A model generated the notes under the pieces. It did no database searches and was not told the DNA's origin. It saw nothing but the letters and a program-made list of their open reading frames with translations. Shown piece after piece: positions 31,491 to 42,418 of a DNA stretch of 64,000 nucleotides (positions are counted from its first letter, which is position 1; every line of letters begins with the position of its first letter). Both the position numbers and the translations under genes were made by a program. The stretch is from positions 1,024,001-1,088,000 of the forward strand of contig OY762654.1 in assembly GCA_963666205.1 (NCBI GenBank), given 5' to 3'. Source of the DNA: Synergistales bacterium. GTDB taxonomy: Bacteria; Synergistota; Synergistia; Synergistales; JAFGMB01.

Positions 31491-31827
31491 TTTTTTTATA
31501 CTGATAATTCTTTTCATAAATTTCACAGGACCTTTTTCCCACTTTTTTCGGGTCAGGATCTGTATTTAATCTTGACCCTATGGTAAAACTGAATAAAAGT
31601 TCAAATATTTAATATTCCATACTTTTAAGAATATACATTATAATGTTTTTCTCTTGACTTTCCTTATTTAACTGCACATAATGAAATCATTGAGAGTATC
31701 ACGAGTTAGAGAACAAACCCTTCCCCTGTAAAACTATTACAATTAAATCTGAAGAGTTAGACAGTTGAAGTCAAAATTCAATGACCTTTTCTTTCTTACT
31801 TAGAGTAATTACACTTAAACGTCGGGA

Positions 31828-34044
31828 GTGTCTAACGTGCATTTATGTTTTCGTCGTGGCATGGTATTTGCCATAGCCTTGTTCTTGTTACTGTTTTTAT
31901 CCATACCATCCTTTGCAGCAGGTGAAGGTGTATCAGGAGTTACCGGACCATCCTCTGCCCCATCGGGGTCAACCGGCAGTGATGCCGGACCTGGAGGCAT
32001 GGAAATAACCGGTCCAACCATAGACGGTTCCATATTCACCCCCGACAACCAGGGTCCCGGCCAGATCGAGTTCCTGGACATGACAGGTTCCCAGGTACAG
32101 GACGCAACAGGACAGGTCCAGGCACCGGGCCAGCAGATGGGCGTTGATGACAGTAACAAAGACTACGTCTCGGGCGCCCTTCCGTCCGTTATCACCGATA
32201 AGCTTCCCCGTTTCGGATATAACTTCTTCAGCAGACCCTCTACCGCCTTTGCACCCGTAAGGAATGTTCCGGTGGGACCCGATTACGTGGTCGGACCCGG
32301 TGACACCGTCCGCATCGACATCTGGGGGCTTGAAGAGGGCCATTACACCGTACCCGTTGACCGAAACGGTAACCTTTCCCTTCCCAGGGCAGGCGTTGTA
32401 GGTGTTACAGGCCTCACCTTCGACCAGGTGAAAATGGCCGTCACAAGTGCCTATTCCCGCTACTACAGCAATTTCCAGATAAATATAACCATGGGTCAGC
32501 TGAGGACCATAACCGTCTACGTTGTTGGCCAGACCAACCGGCCAGGCGCCTATACCCTTTCATCCATGTCCACAGTGATCAATGCCCTTATCGCATCTGG
32601 AGGTCCCAGCTTTTCCGGAAGCCTGAGGAACATCCAGGTCAAACGCAACGAACGGATAGTGTCCCGGTTCGACGCCTATGAACTTCTCCTCCAGGGCAGC
32701 AAGAAAAAAGACATCCGCCTCATGGACGGCGACGTGCTCTTCATCCCCACCGTGGGTCCCCTGGTGGGCATTACCGGCGACATAAAGAACCCTGCCTACT
32801 ACGAACTCAATGGGCAGGCAAGGATCTCCGATCTTGTGGAGATGGCGGGAGGGTTCACCAACCGCTACTTCAAGGGCCGGGTCCAGGTTGACCGCACCAT
32901 GGGCAACGAATACCGCACATCCTTCGAGAACGACCTCGCAGGGCTCAAGGAGAATCCTGCAAAGAACATACCCCTGGAGAACGGCGACCTCGTCAAGATC
33001 TACTCCGTTTCCGTCCAGGAATCCAAGATATACCTTTCCGGTGCCGTCGCCCGTCCGGGCCAGTACTCCATCCAGCTGGGCAGAACCAGGGTCGGCGATG
33101 TACTTCGCCGCGCAGGAGGCCTTCTCTACATGGCATCCAATGAGGGCGAGCTCACCCGGGTAAAGGTCACACAGGCCGGCCCCGAAACAAGCCGTTTCCG
33201 CTTCGACATATCAAAGGCCATGGCCGGGGATCCCCAGAGCAACATGATCCTCGATGTCAACGACTACATAACCATCCGCACCGTACCCGACTGGACCCTC
33301 TACCGTACCGTAAGGGTACAGGGAGAGGTGAAGTATCCCGGCGTATACACCATCCAGAAGGGCGAAAGGCTCACAGACCTCATCGAGCTTGCTGGAGGAT
33401 ACACGGATGAGTCTTTCCTTCCCGGTGCGACCTTCACTCGTGCCAGCGTACAGCGCAAGCAGCAGCAAAGGATCGACGAAATGATCGACCGCCTGGAGAA
33501 ACAGCTTTACGGCGCATCCGTTGAAGGTACAGCAACAGCCCTCACAGAAGGGGATGCCCGCATGACCCAGATGGAGACCCAGCAGCGCCAGCGATTCCTC
33601 GACAGGCTCAGGGAAACAAAGGGAACGGGCCGCATAGTGGTGAAACTGCCCGAGAACCCCAGGATGCTCAAGGGAACACCCTATGATATAGAACTCGACC
33701 AGGGAGATACCCTGGTTATTCCTAAAAGGCCCCAGACCGTACAGGTGGTGGGTTCCGTCTATAACCCCATGGCCTTCGTGTACCGTCCCGACCAGCCCTT
33801 CACATACTACGTGAAGCAGGCCGGCGGATATTCATACAATGCCGATACAAAGAGGATCTACATCATCAAGGCCGATGGAACGGCAACGAGGTCCTTTGTG
33901 AACAAGAAACCTGTGACCATCGAAGATGGAGACAGCGTGATCGTGCCGGAGAAGATCGATGTCAAGGGCAAGCTGAGGGATACCAGGGACATCGTGGACA
34001 TCGTGTACAAGGTCGCCGTCGGCGCCGCCGTGTTACTCGACTAA
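31828..34044 (+). CDS. Polysaccharide export protein with multiple SLBB domains (Wza/KpsD-like)
   Basis: RFGYNFF, DYVVGPGD Poly_export motif, repeated V.GEV..PG.Y SLBB units. Confidence 0.88.
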   Translation: MSNVHLCFRRGMVFAIALFLLLFLSIPSFAAGEGVSGVTGPSSAPSGSTGSDAGPGGMEITGPTIDGSIFTPDNQGPGQIEFLDMTGSQVQDATGQVQAPGQQMGVDDSNKDYVSGALPSVITDKLPRFGYNFFSRPSTAFAPVRNVPVGPDYVVGPGDTVRIDIWGLEEGHYTVPVDRNGNLSLPRAGVVGVTGLTFDQVKMAVTSAYSRYYSNFQINITMGQLRTITVYVVGQTNRPGAYTLSSMSTVINALIASGGPSFSGSLRNIQVKRNERIVSRFDAYELLLQGSKKKDIRLMDGDVLFIPTVGPLVGITGDIKNPAYYELNGQARISDLVEMAGGFTNRYFKGRVQVDRTMGNEYRTSFENDLAGLKENPAKNIPLENGDLVKIYSVSVQESKIYLSGAVARPGQYSIQLGRTRVGDVLRRAGGLLYMASNEGELTRVKVTQAGPETSRFRFDISKAMAGDPQSNMILDVNDYITIRTVPDWTLYRTVRVQGEVKYPGVYTIQKGERLTDLIELAGGYTDESFLPGATFTRASVQRKQQQRIDEMIDRLEKQLYGASVEGTATALTEGDARMTQMETQQRQRFLDRLRETKGTGRIVVKLPENPRMLKGTPYDIELDQGDTLVIPKRPQTVQVVGSVYNPMAFVYRPDQPFTYYVKQAGGYSYNADTKRIYIIKADGTATRSFVNKKPVTIEDGDSVIVPEKIDVKGKLRDTRDIVDIVYKVAVGAAVLLD

Positions 34045-34455
34045 AACCAAGAGCTGTTTTACCGCAGAGGTCGCAGAGAGCGCAGAGGAAACCGAAAGGC
34101 AGGCATAAAAATTTCGCTGTGTAGGTTTTTATTAATCTCCTGTTTTATACATGCATGACTTGATCCTACTAAGATAAAGGTTGATGTACTTTTGTGCCAT
34201 GGGCATAAAGAAAATCATCAATTCTAAGAGCAAAACATGTAGTTACCTCAGAGGACGCATCGGAAAATTATAAAGAATGCAATGTTGTTTACTCTTTTGA
34301 CCGTTTATTATTCTAGAAGGTTTTGGCGGATTTCATGTAGACAGGAAGTTCTAGGGGGCTAATCGTGAAAAATCTAGTCTGATTTTTCGCAGTAATACAG
34401 ATTTTACAGGTTTAACGGTTTCCTCTGCGCTCTCTGCGACCTCTGCGGTTAGCTA
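34045..34455. repeat. Modular repeat array R10 (internal polarity switch)
   Basis: ACCGCAGAGG iterons at ~34060, then hairpin D' 34363 and CCTCTGCG iterons 34422-34451. Confidence 0.85.
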
Positions 34456-34498
34456 AGGGGTTTAGGTTTCACGGTCGAGAAGGGGTTTTATTCAATTT

Positions 34499-34876
34499 AT
34501 GGAAATTAATGAAATTAGCAAAACAATTATCGACAGTGCTTTCCAAGTTCACAAAGCATTAGGACCAGGTCTCCTCGAAAGTGCATATGAAGCCTGCCTC
34601 TGCTACGAACTCAAGAAAAGAGGATTTACAGTAGAATCCCAGAAAGTTCTCCCGATAATTTACGATGGACAACAAATTGATGTTGGTTATCGCCTGGATC
34701 TTCTTGTACAAGATCAGGTCATAGTAGAACTCAAATCTGTTGAACATATAAATGAGGTACATAAAGCACAGATACTCTCGTATCTCAAACTTGGTAATAA
34801 GAAACTCGGACTACTTATCAATTTCAACGTAGCCAAAATCAAGGACGGGATAACCCGTATCGTCAACGGTTTGTAG
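34499..34876 (+). CDS. GxxExxY protein (PD-(D/E)XK nuclease superfamily), second copy
   Basis: LGPGLLESAYE, YRLDLLVQDQVIVELKSV; about 98/125 identical to 27150-27527 by manual count. Confidence 0.92.
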   Translation: MEINEISKTIIDSAFQVHKALGPGLLESAYEACLCYELKKRGFTVESQKVLPIIYDGQQIDVGYRLDLLVQDQVIVELKSVEHINEVHKAQILSYLKLGNKKLGLLINFNVAKIKDGITRIVNGL

Positions 34877-35024
34877 GTTTTTTCGTCTTATAATATCAAG
34901 GTTTTGATTTACAAAGAAAATTGTTAATTAGGTTTTATCTAGTTATGCATATTTGAGGGTTTAGTCGGTCAAAATGGGTTGATCATTTTGACCAGTAGAG
35001 ATTTTTATACAAAAAAGATGTTTT

Positions 35025-35185
35025 TAGGTTTTCTCTGCGCTCTCTGCGGTTAGACAGGATTTAGACTTTAGGGTTGCCGGTTTTATTCGTGAAAAATCTA
35101 GTCTGATTTTTCGCAGTAATACAGATTTTACAGGTTTAACGGTTCCCTCTGCGCTCTCTGCGACCTCTGCGGTTAAACAGTATTT
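35025..35185. repeat. Modular repeat array R11
   Basis: 35087-35175 is a direct repeat of 34363-34451. Confidence 0.9.
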
Positions 35186-35212
35186 GATTTTAATAGATTT
35201 TGAGGGGTAAAC

Positions 35213-36442
35213 ATGACACCAGAAGAACAACTCGCACAACAAAACAACCAGCAATATTACTACGAAGACGACGAGATCGACATCCTCGATCTGCTCATTG
35301 TCCTTGCCAAACACAAAAAACTCATCCTTGGCCTCACTACCCTATTTGCGGTTCTTTCCATCGCCTATGCCCTCCTGGCCACACCCATCTACCGGGCAAC
35401 CACAAAGATACTGCCCCCCATGGCTGGCAAACAGAGCATGGCCATGAGCATGATCGCCCAGGCAGGCGTACCCGGCTTTGCCGCCGATGCCCTTGGCATC
35501 AAGACCCCCGGAGACCTTGTGGTGGGTATCGTCAAAAGCCGTACAATCATGGATAAACTGATAAATAAATTCGACCTTCAGGCCAGGTATGAATCCGAAA
35601 ACATGGATCTCACCAGAGAGACTCTTTCCACCTCCACTTCTGCCGCAACCGATGCAAAAACGGGCCTTGTTTCCATTTCCATTGAAGACAAAGACCCTGC
35701 CTTTGCTGCCCAGCTTGCCAACAGCTACGTGGAGGAACTGCAGAACTTCATCCAGCAATTAGCCATAAGCGATGCCGCCCAGCAGCGTCTGTTCCTGGAA
35801 GAACAGGTAAAGGAAACCCAGGTAAACCTTTTGAAGGCCGAAAATGAACTTACCGAATACCAGAAAAAAACGGGGATCCTCAATGCCGGCCAGCAGGCAT
35901 CGTCCCTTATGTCTGCCATCGCCACCTTCCGGGCCCGCATATCCGCCAAGGAAGTGGAACTCCAGGCAGCAGAGACCTTTGCCTCTCCAAACAACCCCAG
36001 GATCCAGAAACTCAGGGCCGAGGTCAAGGGCCTTAAAGAACAGATCCAGAAACTGGAAGCCCAGGCAACGGAGGGCAGCGAAGAATCCTTCAACCTAAGC
36101 GAACTTCCAGATGCAGGCATGGAATACCTCCGTAAGATGAGGGACCAGAAGTTCTACGAGACCTTATACGGCATGCTCCTGAGCCAGTTCGAGCAGGCAA
36201 AGATGGCCGAAGCCCAGGAACCTGCCATCATACAGGTTATAGATGAGGCAGTGCCTCCACAGCTCAAGGCAAAACCAAAACGGAAACAGGTTGTGATCCT
36301 TGCCACGGTTCTCGGATTTTTCCTGTCCATATTTATGAGTTTTGTGATGGAATTTATTGAGAATGCAACAACGGATAACGAACGCAATGAAAAATTAAAA
36401 CTGTTAAAAAAACATTTGAGTTTAAGAAAACAGCAGAACTAA
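35213..36442 (+). CDS. Polysaccharide chain-length determinant (Wzz/GumC, GNVR domain)
   Basis: DEIDILDLL, TPIYRAT, coiled coil, IQVIDEAVPP..AKPKR, two TMs. Confidence 0.88.
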   Translation: MTPEEQLAQQNNQQYYYEDDEIDILDLLIVLAKHKKLILGLTTLFAVLSIAYALLATPIYRATTKILPPMAGKQSMAMSMIAQAGVPGFAADALGIKTPGDLVVGIVKSRTIMDKLINKFDLQARYESENMDLTRETLSTSTSAATDAKTGLVSISIEDKDPAFAAQLANSYVEELQNFIQQLAISDAAQQRLFLEEQVKETQVNLLKAENELTEYQKKTGILNAGQQASSLMSAIATFRARISAKEVELQAAETFASPNNPRIQKLRAEVKGLKEQIQKLEAQATEGSEESFNLSELPDAGMEYLRKMRDQKFYETLYGMLLSQFEQAKMAEAQEPAIIQVIDEAVPPQLKAKPKRKQVVILATVLGFFLSIFMSFVMEFIENATTDNERNEKLKLLKKHLSLRKQQN

Positions 36443-36547
36443 AGTCTGAGAGTAAAAAGTTTTGAATATCATTTCCAGAAGAATCCAAGGATAAGAGCCA
36501 TATTTCACTCGATTCAACGAATACTATCGAGAAAGGAACGTGTACTC

Positions 36548-38011
36548 ATGAATGGCTCAACATATGCAATAAAGAAGGAAGAACATGTTTTTTCGGGGTC
36601 AAGGTATGGCTATCTTCAGCAATGGATGATGCCCTTCACTTTATTGTCTTCAGATATTATGGCTTTCTTCTTCTCATGGGCAATAGCGATAGTTGTTGCG
36701 ACCCTTATGGGTAAAAACATTGCTTTAGCAGACTATCTGAATTTCCTTTATTTCATACCACTATTTCTCTTTGCCTTTTTGCTAAGCGGACTCTATTCCA
36801 GAACAAGTACAAACCCTGTAGAAGAGATCAGAAAATTATCATTGATAACGTCCTTTTCATTCTTTTTTTTGATCACAGGCATATTTATCATGCATCGGGA
36901 AAGCCTCTTCTTTTACTCAAGGTTTACAATTTCCCTGGCAGGGCTCTCATCTCTGGCAATTATTCCTCTATTGCGAAGCTTTACAAGACATCTTTGCGCC
37001 CATAACGCATGGTGGGGGACTCCAGTCCTGATCCTGGGTGCTGGAAAAACTGGACAGATGATCGCCAGAAAAATAAATGAAACACCATCTTTAGGTTTGA
37101 AATTGATTACTATTCTGGATGACGATCATGATAAACAGCTTGATACACTGTATTTCCCTGCATCAGGTCCCATTTCTGATATGCGAAATATAGCTATAAA
37201 CAACAGGCTCTGTAAAGTGCTTATTTGCATGCCTGGAGTGAGTAAAGAAAAAGTCATCTCCATCATGGACGAATGCACCAGGTATTTTAACCATGTGACA
37301 GTGATTCCGGACCTTTTTGGTATGTCTTCTCTCTGGGTAAACGCAAAAGATATTGGAGGGGTATTAGCCCTTGATATACAGAATTCTTCTCTCTCCACCA
37401 GTGCTCAGTTTATTAAGAGGACTGTGGATGTATTTTTGGTACTAACGGGTGGATTTTTGATTCTCCCTCTAATTTTAATTGTCTCTTTATTTGTAAAACT
37501 GGACTCACCTGGTCGTATCTTTTATGGCAATAAACGAGTTGGAAAGAATGGAAAAAACTTTCTTTGCTGGAAATTTCGAAGTATGAAACAAAATGCAGAT
37601 GAATTACTCAATTCCTATTTAGCTAAAGATCCCACGCTTCAAAAAGAATGGGATAAAACACAGAAACTTCAGAATGACCCTCGCATAACAAAGATCGGGA
37701 AATCGCTAAGGAAATGGAGCATTGATGAACTACCCCAACTCTGGAATGTTTTAAAAGGAGAAATGAGTCTGGTTGGACCCAGGCCATGTTTTGAAGAACA
37801 GTTGAAGATGTACGGGAATAATCAACATCTTTATACCAGCGTTAAGCCAGGTATCACAGGGTATTGGCAGATATCTGGAAGAAACTCTCTTAACTTTGAA
37901 GATCGAGTCAGACTTGAGAGATATTACGTAAGCAACTGGTCAATATGGCTTGATATATATATCCTCGCCAAAACGATAATGGTTGTAATTAAAGGCGAAG
38001 GGGCTTATTAA
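36548..38011 (+). CDS. wbaP: Undecaprenyl-phosphate sugar-1-P transferase (WbaP-like)
   Basis: KRTVD, KFRSM, DPRIT, SIDELPQLWNVLKGEMSLVGPRP, KPGITGYWQ. Confidence 0.85.
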   Translation: MNGSTYAIKKEEHVFSGSRYGYLQQWMMPFTLLSSDIMAFFFSWAIAIVVATLMGKNIALADYLNFLYFIPLFLFAFLLSGLYSRTSTNPVEEIRKLSLITSFSFFFLITGIFIMHRESLFFYSRFTISLAGLSSLAIIPLLRSFTRHLCAHNAWWGTPVLILGAGKTGQMIARKINETPSLGLKLITILDDDHDKQLDTLYFPASGPISDMRNIAINNRLCKVLICMPGVSKEKVISIMDECTRYFNHVTVIPDLFGMSSLWVNAKDIGGVLALDIQNSSLSTSAQFIKRTVDVFLVLTGGFLILPLILIVSLFVKLDSPGRIFYGNKRVGKNGKNFLCWKFRSMKQNADELLNSYLAKDPTLQKEWDKTQKLQNDPRITKIGKSLRKWSIDELPQLWNVLKGEMSLVGPRPCFEEQLKMYGNNQHLYTSVKPGITGYWQISGRNSLNFEDRVRLERYYVSNWSIWLDIYILAKTIMVVIKGEGAY

Positions 38012-38052
38012 GACGTCGCCCTCAATTAATTAAGGCTACATGGTGAACTTAC

Positions 38053-38610
38053 TTGAATAAAAAAATTATAGATTTAAGTCAAGCTGGATATGGGAAATTT
38101 AAAAGGACGAGATCCAAATGGATTGAGGCTTTATGGATTATAGTGGAATTTTGCTTTGTAACAAATCCCATACAAGTTTCAAGTAAATTACGTATTCTGC
38201 TTATCAGGATGTTTGGAGGAAAAATCGATAAAAATGTAATCATGAGGCCCAGAGTTCGGATCAAGTTTCCTTGGAATCTGGAAATCGGAAATAACTGCTG
38301 GATTGGTGAAGGTGTTTGGATACATAACCAGGATAAGGTCTACATTGGCAATAATACAGTTATTTCACAAGAGGCATTTATAACAACTGGTTCCCATGAT
38401 CATTACAAAACCATGGATTTGATCACAAAACCAGTCAGGATTGGTTCTGGTGTCTGGATAACCTCCAGAGCAATGATATTGCTAGGTGTTTCAATAGCTG
38501 ATAATGCAATAATTACACCCAACAGTGTTGTACATCGAAACATAGAAAAAGCCGGAATTTATTGCGGAAATCCTGCTGTTTTGATAAAAGAGAGGAAGAT
38601 CACAGATTAA
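38053..38610 (+). CDS. wcaF: WcaF-like hexapeptide acetyltransferase
   Basis: RIKFPWNLEIGNNCWIGE, ISQEAFITTGSHD, GNPA. Confidence 0.8.
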   Translation: MNKKIIDLSQAGYGKFKRTRSKWIEALWIIVEFCFVTNPIQVSSKLRILLIRMFGGKIDKNVIMRPRVRIKFPWNLEIGNNCWIGEGVWIHNQDKVYIGNNTVISQEAFITTGSHDHYKTMDLITKPVRIGSGVWITSRAMILLGVSIADNAIITPNSVVHRNIEKAGIYCGNPAVLIKERKITD

Positions 38611-39853
38611 TCTTCTTGTAATAAGTCTTAATTATGCACCGGAACTTGTTGGTGTTGGAAAGTATTCTTCGGAAATGTGTTCCTGGTTTGTATCGAGGGG
38701 GCATTCAGTAGATGTCATAGCCGGATTACCACATTACCCCGAGTGGGAAATACATCAAGAATACAAGAATAAAGGATTCTACACAGAAGCGATTGATGGA
38801 GTAAATATTTTAAGAGTACCCCATTTTGTTCCTCCAGCAGATAGAGTTAATGCTAAAACCAGAATTAAACTTGAAACAAGCTTTCATTTAAAATCATTGA
38901 GATATGCGTTGCCAATTTTATTCAAAAAGAAGAAATACGATGCTGTTATAGCAGTCTGCCCTCCAATGCAGTCAGGTTTGTTCCCAATGATATACAAGAT
39001 CTTTAGAAATGTCCCATGGATATTTCATGTACAGGACCTCCAGGTAGATGCCGCCCTAAATCTTGGTATTTTAAAAAATCACACTATCATTAGAAAAATG
39101 CTATTTGGGATTGAAAAAATGCTTTTTAAAAATGCTACAAAGGTTTCAACGATCACTGATGCGATGAAACAGAAGATCATTAATAAAGGTATTGATCCAA
39201 ACAAAATGGTTCTTTTCCCAAATTGGGCTGATCTGGATTTTATTAAACCTATGGATAGAAATAATCCCTTAAGAAAAGAATTTGGCTATACAGAAGACGA
39301 TACTGTAATCATGTATGCCGGTAATATGGGTGAAAAACAGGGACTCGAAATAATTATTGATGCAGCATGTCATTTTACACAAGATTCAAACATCCAGTTT
39401 GCCATGGTTGGCGACGGGACTGCAAAAAAAAGGTTAACTAAATTAACTCGAGACAAAGGGCTTACCAACCTTCATTTTTTCCCATTGCAACCTCTTCAGA
39501 AATTACCGAATCTCCTAGCCATGGCAGATATTCATCTGGTTATCCAAAAAAGGGAGGCTTGTGACTTAGTTATGCCATCGAAATTAACTAATATTTTGGC
39601 TGCTGGAAGACCTATTATAGCAACTGCAAAATATGGAAGCCACTTATATCAAGTTATTGTTGAAAACCAATGTGGTTTGGTTTTAAAGTCACACAGGACA
39701 GTTGAACTAATTGAAGGCATCAAAAATCTCACCAATCAAGCCCTGATGGTAGAACAAATGGGACAAAAATCTCGATTTTATGCCATAAACTATTTTGATA
39801 AAGAAAAGATCCTCCAAGAAATGGTATATAACATAAATCGGATAATGACCTAA
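38606..39853 (+). CDS. wcaI: WcaI-like GT4 glycosyltransferase, probable ATT start
   Basis: In-frame N-terminal INLLVISLNYAPELVGVGKYSSEM upstream of ATG 38675; PHYPEW, HVQDLQVDAA, YAGNMGEKQG, VMPSKL. Confidence 0.8.
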   Translation: MNLLVISLNYAPELVGVGKYSSEMCSWFVSRGHSVDVIAGLPHYPEWEIHQEYKNKGFYTEAIDGVNILRVPHFVPPADRVNAKTRIKLETSFHLKSLRYALPILFKKKKYDAVIAVCPPMQSGLFPMIYKIFRNVPWIFHVQDLQVDAALNLGILKNHTIIRKMLFGIEKMLFKNATKVSTITDAMKQKIINKGIDPNKMVLFPNWADLDFIKPMDRNNPLRKEFGYTEDDTVIMYAGNMGEKQGLEIIIDAACHFTQDSNIQFAMVGDGTAKKRLTKLTRDKGLTNLHFFPLQPLQKLPNLLAMADIHLVIQKREACDLVMPSKLTNILAAGRPIIATAKYGSHLYQVIVENQCGLVLKSHRTVELIEGIKNLTNQALMVEQMGQKSRFYAINYFDKEKILQEMVYNINRIMT

Positions 39854-40006
39854 TTGTGATGGATACATAAATATAGATAAAAATGCAAATTATCCCTGCT
39901 AGGAATTGGTAACTTATTTCCCTAAAAGAATATGAATTGACCTTAGGTTTTACTATTTGTAAACACAAGATTTCTCGTAGTATTAAATTATTAGTATGAG
40001 AAAGGA

Positions 40007-41125
40007 ATGGAAATGAAAGAAGAAGACGGCCGCGTAAAGATCGTGTTATTATCACCTCTCCCACCTCCATCCGGAGGTATTGCTACTTGGACAAGCTCTA
40101 TCTTAAGAAGCAGATTGACCAAGCACTATAAATATATTCTTGTTAATACCAGGATAACAAGTCAAAGAGGGACGAGTGAATCATGTTGGCAATTTCCTTT
40201 TAGTGAATTAGCTAGAAATGGAAAGATAATCTTTAATTTTCTTTATGCTATTTTTTATCATTCACCTAAGCTTGTCCATATAAACAACGCTTCATGGAGT
40301 TTTGGTGGTATTTTCAGGGATTTACTCTTAGCTACCATATCAATAATTTTTAGGAAAAAAGTAATCATTCATTTTCATGATTGTTTAGTGTATCGACCAA
40401 AGTCTTTGTTCTATAGATTTTTATTAACTCAGTTAATTAAAACTTCAACTCTGATTATCACCTTAGACAAAAAATCAGAGAAATTTATAGAGAATCTTTC
40501 GATAAAACATAAGAATTATAGTTTCTCTCTATGTAACATTCCAAATTTTATTGACAATAACAAAATATTACTAGATTCAGAAAATATGCATTCAATAAAG
40601 AATGTCAAAGTTTTATTTGTTGGAAGTATAACAAAAAACAAAGGATGTCGCGACATCCTTGAAGTTGCAAGATCATTACCAGAGATACAGTTTACGCTTA
40701 TTGGTAAGGTCCAGTCAGATATGATCGAATTGGTCAGAAAAATAGCTGAGCCCAACATTAAGTTTATCTCTGAAATATCGAATCGAGAAGTATTGAAAGA
40801 AATGCAAAAAGCCAATATTTTTTTGTTACCTTCATATAAAGAAGGATTCCCATTAGTTATTCTTGAAGCAATGGCAAACAGATTACCTGTAATAGCAACA
40901 AATGTAGGAGCTATACCTGAAGTTATCATTCAAAACAAGGGTGGATATGTGCTTAAACCAGGTGATGTTCAATCGATGAAAGAATTGTTAACAAAACTTA
41001 GATTAAACCTAGATTTAAGGTTGGAAATGGGTGAGTTTAATTTTGACTTTGTTTCTAAGAAGTTTCTTCTGTCAAACATTGAAAAATACCTTTACGAAGC
41101 ATATCAGAAAGTCCTCTCGAAATAA
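40007..41125 (+). CDS. GT4 glycosyltransferase
   Basis: SPLPPPSGGIATW, EGFPLVILEAM. Confidence 0.85.
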   Translation: MEMKEEDGRVKIVLLSPLPPPSGGIATWTSSILRSRLTKHYKYILVNTRITSQRGTSESCWQFPFSELARNGKIIFNFLYAIFYHSPKLVHINNASWSFGGIFRDLLLATISIIFRKKVIIHFHDCLVYRPKSLFYRFLLTQLIKTSTLIITLDKKSEKFIENLSIKHKNYSFSLCNIPNFIDNNKILLDSENMHSIKNVKVLFVGSITKNKGCRDILEVARSLPEIQFTLIGKVQSDMIELVRKIAEPNIKFISEISNREVLKEMQKANIFLLPSYKEGFPLVILEAMANRLPVIATNVGAIPEVIIQNKGGYVLKPGDVQSMKELLTKLRLNLDLRLEMGEFNFDFVSKKFLLSNIEKYLYEAYQKVLSK

Positions 41126-41231
41126 AAGCTAAGTACAGAGAAAATAGGTTTTCAAGAACCTTTTGGATTATAACATTGATTGATTGATTGATTTCTTGAA
41201 CAGTACCAAGAGATCGGATTAATAAAATTGG

Positions 41232-42359
41232 ATGGTGAAAGATTTGCGAAAAGTCCTCTTTTATACTGGGAGTCTGGCATCAGGGGGGGCAGAGAGACAG
41301 TTGATATACACTGCGCTATCCGCTCAATTAAATGGTTATAAGGTGCTTATAGTAATCGATCATGACCACTGCGACTACACCAAAATGTTGGAAGGTACAA
41401 ATATTGAAATCTATTGCACTCATTCGAACAAGTACAATCCAATAAAACGTTATATTAAATTAAATGGAATAATACAAGAATTTAAGCCTGAAATTTTCCA
41501 TTCATTCCTAGCAAACAAAAATTTATGGGGTATGTTATTAGCATATTTGAACAAAGTTCCGATTAAAATTGCCTCGATAAGAAACACTAATTCTTCAGCT
41601 TTTAAGGGAATTCAATTCTACAACAAATGGGCAGACAAGATAATATGCAATTCAAGGTTTGCATATGAAATTGCTCATTCCACATACGGAGTCCCAAGAA
41701 AAAAATTGGAAGTCATCTATAATTGCATCGATATGGATCGCTTCAACAATACAATGATCTCTCTAGATATAAAACATAATTTGGGACTTTTGGACAACAC
41801 CAAACTTGGTATAACTGTAGCTCGTTTTTCCAAACAGAAAAATCATCTGGGTTTTGTCAAAGCTTTTAGTAATTTTGTTGGAGAAAATTCAAGTGTTTGT
41901 CTGCATCATTTGTTTGTAGGCAATCAAAAAGATATAAAAATAGTGCAGCCGGTAAGAGCAACCGTTGATACCTTGAATTTATCTGAAAACATAACCTTTT
42001 GGGATACCAGAGAAGATATTCCAGAAATAATAAAAGCCTGCGATTTTCTTATACTCCCTTCTCTATATGAAGGTTTTCCAAATGTTGTTATGGAAGCGAT
42101 GGCTTCAAAAACATTTGTAATTGCAACAGCAGTAGGGGGTATACCAGAACTGGTTAAGCATATGGAAAATGGAATCTTAATTCCTAGCCCACGTGCAAAA
42201 GATATTGCAAAATCAATTGAATTATATCTCTCTCTTTCTGCTGAAAAAAAAGAACGAATAATTAATCAAGCATATATCGATATACAAAGCTACGGTATTG
42301 AAAACATGTTTAGACAAACTGAAGAGCTCTACACAGTATTTAATTTCTCCATAGGATAG
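41232..42359 (+). CDS. GT4 glycosyltransferase
   Basis: LASGGAERQ, EGFPNVVMEAM. Confidence 0.85.
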   Translation: MVKDLRKVLFYTGSLASGGAERQLIYTALSAQLNGYKVLIVIDHDHCDYTKMLEGTNIEIYCTHSNKYNPIKRYIKLNGIIQEFKPEIFHSFLANKNLWGMLLAYLNKVPIKIASIRNTNSSAFKGIQFYNKWADKIICNSRFAYEIAHSTYGVPRKKLEVIYNCIDMDRFNNTMISLDIKHNLGLLDNTKLGITVARFSKQKNHLGFVKAFSNFVGENSSVCLHHLFVGNQKDIKIVQPVRATVDTLNLSENITFWDTREDIPEIIKACDFLILPSLYEGFPNVVMEAMASKTFVIATAVGGIPELVKHMENGILIPSPRAKDIAKSIELYLSLSAEKKERIINQAYIDIQSYGIENMFRQTEELYTVFNFSIG

Positions 42360-42418
42360 CGCTGTCATAATCTCCCCCAAAAGGAACTTACCTAATCAAT
42401 AGCAACATTAGGAGGATT

